Assembly (NCBI GenBank): GCA_004347965.1
Contig: QNVF01000001.1
Location: forward strand, 43,724-107,723
Reading direction: 5' to 3'
DNA: 64,000 nt
Source: Candidatus Nezhaarchaeota archaeon WYZ-LMO8
Lineage (GTDB): Archaea; Thermoproteota; Methanomethylicia; Nezhaarchaeales; WYZ-LMO8
In this document: piece after piece, positions 58,535-64,000 of the stretch
Layout: the number at the start of each line of letters is the position of its first letter
How positions within the stretch are numbered: the first letter of the stretch is position 1
The notes under the pieces: generated by a model
The model's database searches: none
Seen by the model: the letters and a program-made list of their open reading frames with translations, nothing else
What the model was told of the DNA's origin: nothing
Position numbers and translations under genes: made by a program

Positions 58535-60010
58535 ATGCCATATCGGAGGAAGCCTGATGGCTCCTTTGAGCCTATCACGAGAAGTCTTTCTGAGATCTTA
58601 GAGTCATTAGATAAGGATGAAGTGAGCTTCTTAACTTTTCAGTTTACAGGCTTAAACGGTAGGTTTCATCAAGTCACGGTACCAAGGAGGGTTCTAGAAA
58701 AGGAGAAGATAAACGAAGGAGCGGCTTATTTTGACGGCTCTTCGATAAAAGGCTTTGCTGAAGTTCAAGATTCAGACATGGTGTTAAAGCCTGATCTCAA
58801 CACTTACGCCGTAATACCATGGTCCAACAAGGGATCAAGAGTCGCTCGCTTCATATGTGACGTTTACTGGGGCTTTGGCCGTGGGAGACTCGAGAAAGAC
58901 CCAAGGCACATTGCTCAAAAAGCTGAAAAGTACTTGATGGAGGAAGGCTTCAAAGCCTCATATTGGGGCCCTGAAGTAGAGTTCTTTGTTTTTGAGAAAG
59001 CAGGATGGGATGTACTTGACACTTACAAGGGCCAGTCCTACTACATTGTATCTAGAGAAGCCTCTTGGAATGCTGAAGCGCAAGCTGGTTATCCGATAAG
59101 GTTCAAGGAGGGCTACTTTTCAATTCCACCACAAGACACTCTGATAGACTTCAGGTGCGAGGTTGTAAGGATACTTGAGGAGAACTTTGGGATTTTAGTG
59201 GAGGCCCACCACCACGAAGTTGCAACGGCGGGACAGTGCGAAATAATCATGTATAGAGATACCTTAACCAACATGGCTGACAACGTCATGACCTACAAGT
59301 TTGTGGTGAAGAATGTAGCTAAATCGATGAACCTCGTGGCAACCTTCATGCCAAAGCCTATATTCGGTGATAACGCATCGGGAATGCATGTGCATGTAAG
59401 TCTTTGGGGAAACGATAAGAATGCATTCTACGATCCTAACGACAGCTACGCTGAGCTTAGTCAAATAGGCAGGTACTTCATTGGGGGGCTGATGGAGCAT
59501 GCAAGATCACTGGCAGCAATCACCAATCCAACAACGAACTCCTATAAGAGGCTTGTACCAGGCTATGAGGCTCCGGTGTACATAGCTTGGAGTAGGTCCA
59601 ATAGATCGGCATGCATAAGAGTTCCTGTTTATCATAGGGGAAGTGCTAAGGCCATTGCTGGTAAGAGAGTAGAATACAGACCTCCAGATCCATCAGCAAA
59701 CCCGTATCTATGTTTTGCAGCCATATTGGCTGCAGGCTTGGATGGAATAAAGAAGAAGATAGATCCAGGAGACCCAATAGATGAGAACATATATCAGTTG
59801 ACTCCTGAAAGGAGGAGGGCGTTGGGGATAAAGGAGCTACCAGGCAGCCTTAAAGAAGCCGTTGAGGAATTACAGTCGGATAGGGACTTTTTAAAACCGA
59901 TTTTCACTGATGAGACTATCGACAAGTATATTGAGATAATAATGAAGGGTTACGTTGAAGTGGCAATAAGACCACACCCCTACGAGTTCTTCCTGTACTT
60001 TGATGTCTAG
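58535..60010 (+). CDS. glnA: Glutamine synthetase (type I family)
   Basis: KPIFGDNASGMHVHVS, NPTTNSYKRLVPGYEAP and SRSNRSACIRVP catalytic-domain signatures. Confidence 0.9.
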   Translation: MPYRRKPDGSFEPITRSLSEILESLDKDEVSFLTFQFTGLNGRFHQVTVPRRVLEKEKINEGAAYFDGSSIKGFAEVQDSDMVLKPDLNTYAVIPWSNKGSRVARFICDVYWGFGRGRLEKDPRHIAQKAEKYLMEEGFKASYWGPEVEFFVFEKAGWDVLDTYKGQSYYIVSREASWNAEAQAGYPIRFKEGYFSIPPQDTLIDFRCEVVRILEENFGILVEAHHHEVATAGQCEIIMYRDTLTNMADNVMTYKFVVKNVAKSMNLVATFMPKPIFGDNASGMHVHVSLWGNDKNAFYDPNDSYAELSQIGRYFIGGLMEHARSLAAITNPTTNSYKRLVPGYEAPVYIAWSRSNRSACIRVPVYHRGSAKAIAGKRVEYRPPDPSANPYLCFAAILAAGLDGIKKKIDPGDPIDENIYQLTPERRRALGIKELPGSLKEAVEELQSDRDFLKPIFTDETIDKYIEIIMKGYVEVAIRPHPYEFFLYFDV

Positions 60011-60020
60011 TGCACCTTAA

Positions 60021-60470
60021 TTAAGTCTTAACTCTGCTAAGTACTACTTTCACCATCTTTCTTCCATTACAATTCACGCTCTCTTTCTCAACCTTTAGAA
60101 CCTTGTACTTCGTCCCATCCTTTACGTATGGACTCTGACATGTGCTCCAAAACTTGCAGCTTGTTTTCTCACAAGCCTTTCGCTTGAATGTTATTATGGC
60201 GTCTTCAATAGCTACTTTCGCGTCGAGCACGGCTTCAACCTCAGCTTCTACTACCCTAGCTACTACAACCCAACCTTCTCTTAGGGGGCATTTGTGTTTC
60301 TTTCTTAATACTTCGACAACCTTGTACATCGTGTTCTGTTCTAACTTCATTACGCAAGCTTCTCTCAGCTTACATTGGCTACAAACATCCGCACCTCCTT
60401 TGAACACAAACTTAAATCCAGGTTTTGCCTGCAGTTCGCCAATGAGGGTTGTTATGAGCTCTTGGTTCAT
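60021..60470 (-). CDS. Cys-rich hypothetical protein (UPF0179-like)
   Basis: 149 aa with several C-x2-C/C-x-C motifs. Family assignment is from memory only. Confidence 0.4.
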   Translation of the reverse strand: MNQELITTLIGELQAKPGFKFVFKGGADVCSQCKLREACVMKLEQNTMYKVVEVLRKKHKCPLREGWVVVARVVEAEVEAVLDAKVAIEDAIITFKRKACEKTSCKFWSTCQSPYVKDGTKYKVLKVEKESVNCNGRKMVKVVLSRVKT

Positions 60471-60494
60471 CCAATCGCCTCTTGGCTCTGCATT

Positions 60495-61595
60495 TTAGAG
60501 ACAATCAATCACCCCTGTAATCCTAGCAACGCTCTCAGCTGCTTCCCACGTTAAGCCAGTATCACCTAGAATCGTATACCTATCCCTGATTTTATGAGCT
60601 TCAACTAATGCTCTCACTACATATTCGTCTTCTATGCCGAGCTCCTTAGCTGTGGTCGGAGCCCCTATGATCTTAAGTGCCTTTCTGATCTTCCTCCAAT
60701 TTATCCCGTGAAGGTAGGCCATCATTATCGTTCCAATACCGCATTGTTCACCATGAAGGGCAGGTCTTGGAGCTATCATGTCCAAAGCATGCGAAAACAT
60801 GTGTTCTGAACCTGAGCAAGGTCTTGAAGAGCCCGCTATACACATAGCAACTCCACATGATACCAAAGCTTCGATAACTGTTCTCACCCCCTCCTCCTTA
60901 TGAGCTCCTATGAGCCTAGCGCACTTCATGACAAGCCTTGCAGACATCTCAGCAAGCGATGCTGCATACTCACCGTAATACTCATTCTTCAGCTTATGCG
61001 CAAGTCTCCAATCTCTGACAGCAGTGAGCTTAGCTAATACGTCTCCACATCCACTAGCCAAAAGCTTATGCGGAGCGCTCATTATTACGTTTACGTCAGC
61101 TATGATTGCTACTGGTGGTCTTGCTTTAATCGAGTATGGAGATCCAAGGCTCTTTAGAGATACCATCGGTGAAGCTATGCCATCGTGAGAAGCAGCTGTT
61201 GGAACGCTTATGAATGGGGCATTCAGCTTAAAAGCAACGTACTTGCCTAGATCTATGGTTGTACCACCGCCAATTGAAATCACTAAGTCAGGCCTCCTTT
61301 TAAGCATCTCTCTAAGCATCTCCTCCTCTGCGTTGTAATCAACGACATCGTAGTTGCAAGCTGTAAGAGAGTTTAGCACATTTTTTGCTGCGAGATTGCG
61401 TCCAGTTTTTCCGAGTAGGACATAAGCTTTCCCTGAAAGGCCAAGGGACTTGGCTATATCTCCAACATTGTTTATAACGTTCTTACCGATCAGAATCTTC
61501 TTTGGAAGCTCTATGTCATGAGGATCGAGCAAGATCGATACCCCACTCGCTCTCCGTAAAACTTTTAAATATGCATACTTTTCTCTTGTTCGCAC
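60495..61595 (-). CDS. egsA: sn-glycerol-1-phosphate dehydrogenase [NAD(P)+] (archaeal membrane-lipid backbone synthesis)
   Basis: Fe-ADH/DHQ-synthase-like fold with the G1PDH-characteristic N-terminus (IELPKKILIGKNVINNVGDIA ...) and GGG-x-DL and H-x-SHAL-like motifs. The first ~25 aa may be read-through. Confidence 0.8.
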   Translation of the reverse strand: MRTREKYAYLKVLRRASGVSILLDPHDIELPKKILIGKNVINNVGDIAKSLGLSGKAYVLLGKTGRNLAAKNVLNSLTACNYDVVDYNAEEEMLREMLKRRPDLVISIGGGTTIDLGKYVAFKLNAPFISVPTAASHDGIASPMVSLKSLGSPYSIKARPPVAIIADVNVIMSAPHKLLASGCGDVLAKLTAVRDWRLAHKLKNEYYGEYAASLAEMSARLVMKCARLIGAHKEEGVRTVIEALVSCGVAMCIAGSSRPCSGSEHMFSHALDMIAPRPALHGEQCGIGTIMMAYLHGINWRKIRKALKIIGAPTTAKELGIEDEYVVRALVEAHKIRDRYTILGDTGLTWEAAESVARITGVIDCL

Positions 61596-61657
61596 ACAGT
61601 CTTTTAGCTACTCAATCATCTCTTCGTAAGGGCCGCTTGTTTGTGGTGTGTTATCAA

Positions 61658-62299
61658 ATGGTGATGATGAAAGATATGGGAAAGCCAGTATTCAAGGGGA
61701 CCACGACTATTGGAATTAGATGCGTTGATGGAATAGTACTGACAACGGATAGACGGGTTACCGCAGGATTTTACGTAGCTAACAAGAGGGGTAGGAAGAT
61801 ACTCCAAATAGACGACAATGTATATGCAACGATAGCTGGTGTTGTAGCTGATGCGCAAATGTTAATTGATAGCATTAGAGCACAAGTCAAGTATCTAAAA
61901 GTCGCTACAAAACAACCGCCATCGGTCAAGGCCATAGCAAGCTTATTATCCAACCTTCTCTTCTCTTCAAGGTTCTTTCCATACATAGTTCAAGTAATAG
62001 TTGCAGGGATAGACCGAGAGGGCCCTAGAATGTTTAATATCGACTTCTTCGGGACACTAACTGAGGAGAAGTACATAGCAACAGGCTCAGGCTCTCCTTT
62101 AGCCTTAGCCATACTCGAAACTAGGTATAAGGATGATCTTACAGTTAAGGATGCCATCCCAATAGCTATTGATGCCGTCAAAGCAGCTATGAAGTGGGAT
62201 CCAGGTTCTGGAGAAGGGTTTGACATAGTAGTCATAACTAAGGAGGGTGTTGAAGAGATTCCTCAAGAGAGGTATGAGAAGGCATTGTACAAGCCATAA
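61658..62299 (+). CDS. psmB: Proteasome subunit beta (with propeptide; active-site Thr after KG|TTT)
   Basis: MVMMKDMGKPVFKG-TTTIGI... Ntn-hydrolase fold. ATG at 61658. The ORF-track extension to 61502 overlaps egsA on the opposite strand and is not credible. Confidence 0.9.
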   Translation: MVMMKDMGKPVFKGTTTIGIRCVDGIVLTTDRRVTAGFYVANKRGRKILQIDDNVYATIAGVVADAQMLIDSIRAQVKYLKVATKQPPSVKAIASLLSNLLFSSRFFPYIVQVIVAGIDREGPRMFNIDFFGTLTEEKYIATGSGSPLALAILETRYKDDLTVKDAIPIAIDAVKAAMKWDPGSGEGFDIVVITKEGVEEIPQERYEKALYKP

Positions 62300-62336
62300 C
62301 TCTATGCACCCTAAATGTTAATGGAAGGTAAGAGGC

Positions 62337-64000
62337 TTGGCGCAACAAAACTACTTAACGACTTTGAGGGAAGGGATACTGAAGAGCATACCAGCAGAGG
62401 CAGGTGTAACTAAGATAGAGTTTGAAGGACCTGAGATAGCAGTGTACGTTAAAAATCCATCAGTCCTCTTATCTAGTGGAGATATAGTTAAAGCCGTAGC
62501 GAAAACTTTGAGGAAAAGAATTGTTCTAAGACCTGACCCAGAGGTTAGAAAGGACAAAGAAGAAGCTAAGAAGTTGGTCTACGAGCTTGTTCCACCTGAG
62601 GCTGGCATATCTAACGTATACTTCGACAACGTCATGGGGGAAATGATAATAGAGGCTAAGAAGCCAGGGCTTGTTATAGGGAAAAACAGCTCTCTCCTTA
62701 AACAGCTTCTAGTCTCTACCTTGTGGAGACCGGTAGCCCTCAGGACCTCGCCCTTAAAATCTAGGTTTATCGAATCTGTCTCAGCCCTCTTCTACAAGAA
62801 TAGTAGCTATAGACTTAGGATGCTAAAGGAAGTTGGAAGAAGGATCCATAGACCCCTGCTTTACAAGGTCGATAACATAAGGATAACATCTCTGGGAGGG
62901 TTTAAAGAGGTTGGGCGCTCAGCCGTATTGGTAGATGTGGGTGAGGACAAGATACTGCTTGATTGCGGGGCTAAACCTGGTGTTAGGGATTACATGAATG
63001 AGTTCCCAGCATTTTGGATCGACGAATTCGACGTGGACTCGCTAAGTGCTGTCGTAATAACGCATGCTCACCTAGATCACTGTGGAGCTCTACCATTACT
63101 CTTCAAGTACGGTTACCGTGGACCAGTTTACTGCAGTGAACCAACTAAAATGCTCATGGCATTAATATTGAAGGACTATCTAGACGTAGCTGAGAAGGAA
63201 GGAAGAACACCAATATACGGTATAAGAGAGGTTAAGATGGCCCTCCTACACACTATATCCTTAAATCACGGGGAGGTCACTGACATAGCTCCAGGAGTGA
63301 AATTAACGCTGCACAATTCTGGTCACATACTCGGCTCATCCATGGTCCACTTACACATAGGTGAAGGCCTGCACAACATAGTGTACACGAGTGACTTCAA
63401 GTATGGTAGAACAAGACTACTGGAACCGGCAACGTATGTGTTTCCTAGGCTTGAAACACTAATAATGGAGTCGACTTACGGTGGACCAAACGATGTGATG
63501 CCGTCAAGGGAGGAAACTGAAGCAAAGCTCATAGAGATCGTGAACAGGACTCTTGAACGGGGAGGTAAGGTGCTAATCCCAGTACTAGCTGTAGGTCGAG
63601 CTCAAGAGATAATGTTGGTACTAGCCAACGCTGTTGAAAAGAAGCTCATACCCTCAATTCCAATATACATAGAAGGTATGATTCAAGAGTCGACAGCAAT
63701 ACATACAGCTTACCCAGAGAGCTTGGCTAAAGAGATTAGAGATAAGATATTCTACGAAGATGTGAATCCCTTCTTAGCTGAGAACTTTGTTACCTTATCT
63801 AGAGGGCACGAGCGTCTCGACATAGTTGAGGGCGAGCCCTGCATTATACTGGCAACATCAGGTATGCTGAATGCAGGGCCAGCATTAGAGTACTTTAAGC
63901 TAATGTCGGAGGACGAGAGGAACTCCTTAATCTTCGTTTCATACCAAGTTGAAGGAACTCTCGGTAGGATAGTCCAAGAGGGGGCTAAGGAGGTAATTGT
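62337..64000 (+). CDS. aCPSF1 / FttA beta-CASP ribonuclease with N-terminal KH domains (3' end beyond the window)
   Basis: Open frame to the window edge: KH-like region (TKIEFEGPEIAVYVKNP...KLVYELVPPE...), then metallo-beta-lactamase motif ITHAHLDHCGALP and a beta-CASP region. No in-frame ATG after the upstream stop at 62319-21, so a TTG start at 62337 is proposed. Absent from the ORF track because no stop falls inside the window. Confidence 0.85.
   Translation, partial: MAQQNYLTTLREGILKSIPAEAGVTKIEFEGPEIAVYVKNPSVLLSSGDIVKAVAKTLRKRIVLRPDPEVRKDKEEAKKLVYELVPPEAGISNVYFDNVMGEMIIEAKKPGLVIGKNSSLLKQLLVSTLWRPVALRTSPLKSRFIESVSALFYKNSSYRLRMLKEVGRRIHRPLLYKVDNIRITSLGGFKEVGRSAVLVDVGEDKILLDCGAKPGVRDYMNEFPAFWIDEFDVDSLSAVVITHAHLDHCGALPLLFKYGYRGPVYCSEPTKMLMALILKDYLDVAEKEGRTPIYGIREVKMALLHTISLNHGEVTDIAPGVKLTLHNSGHILGSSMVHLHIGEGLHNIVYTSDFKYGRTRLLEPATYVFPRLETLIMESTYGGPNDVMPSREETEAKLIEIVNRTLERGGKVLIPVLAVGRAQEIMLVLANAVEKKLIPSIPIYIEGMIQESTAIHTAYPESLAKEIRDKIFYEDVNPFLAENFVTLSRGHERLDIVEGEPCIILATSGMLNAGPALEYFKLMSEDERNSLIFVSYQVEGTLGRIVQEGAKEVI

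Noticed and set aside
61502-61657. N-terminal extension of psmB overlapping egsA on the opposite strand
   Set aside because: The extension would overlap 94 nt of the egsA coding region, and proteasome beta propeptides are short. The ATG at 61658 gives the canonical MVMMKDMGKPVFKG|TTT propeptide.
1-64000. CRISPR arrays, IS elements/transposases, integrases, rRNA genes
   Set aside because: No regularly spaced direct repeats, no DDE/tyrosine-recombinase-like ORFs and no rRNA-like conserved blocks were seen. Accessory-type signal is limited to the two decayed tRNA-flanking regions.

Overview
This 64-kb window is an archaeal chromosome segment, most likely from a hyperthermophilic crenarchaeon (Thermoproteota, Thermoprotei). 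Three things point that way: GC-rich tRNA genes sit in AT-rich spacers, several tRNAs carry introns at non-canonical positions, and the cbf5 gene is split by a short bulge-helix-bulge (BHB) intron. About 90% of the window is coding.

Main blocks:
- 411-5809: a molybdenum-hydroxylase locus in the CoxS/CoxL/CoxM (xanthine dehydrogenase family) style, followed by an XdhC/CoxI accessory gene and a MobA/MocA-like cofactor nucleotidyltransferase.
- 5962-21604: an apparent catabolic island. It holds three amidohydrolase-2 genes, a LivGFHM/K-type ABC importer, an EamA exporter, an isocitrate lyase/PEP mutase family lyase, a cupin, a TfrAB-like flavoprotein plus fused FeS/CCG subunit, and a second FAD_binding_2 flavoprotein.
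- 21605-22790: a decayed region beside a tRNA. It contains a ferredoxin-type FeS-subunit pseudogene and a tRNA(CAU) gene carrying two introns.
- 22792-31763: housekeeping and regulatory genes (rpiA, an ADP-forming acyl-CoA synthetase alpha subunit, a KaiC-like ATPase, a PPP-type phosphatase, TatD, a small C2H2 zinc-finger ORF, an FAD oxidoreductase) and tRNA-Thr.
- 31988-37443: tRNA-Ser, then the conserved ribosomal neighbourhood cbf5 (with intron), L14e, cmk, L34e, a DUF106 gene, secY and uL15, then hsp20 and tRNA-Gly.
- 37934-50100: MarC, tRNA-Glu, an ABC-2 exporter pair, tRNA-Leu, a decayed HepT (HEPN toxin) remnant, a ferritin-like gene, trpB2, a radical-SAM gene, and an acyl-CoA dehydrogenase with an acetoacetate-decarboxylase-like partner.
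- 50172-53752: a tight module of a membrane protein, a coiled-coil protein and an SPFH-like protein fused to three zinc ribbons, facing convergently an arrestin-like/zinc-ribbon protein and a Pro/Ser-tailed membrane protein.
- 54230-64000: a TauE/SafE permease, a ycaO-tfuA pair, a wHTH-zinc-ribbon regulator, a HAD hydrolase, glnA, egsA (G1P dehydrogenase), psmB, and the 5' part of aCPSF1 (KH plus beta-CASP), cut by the window edge.

No CRISPR array, rRNA gene or obvious IS element was seen.
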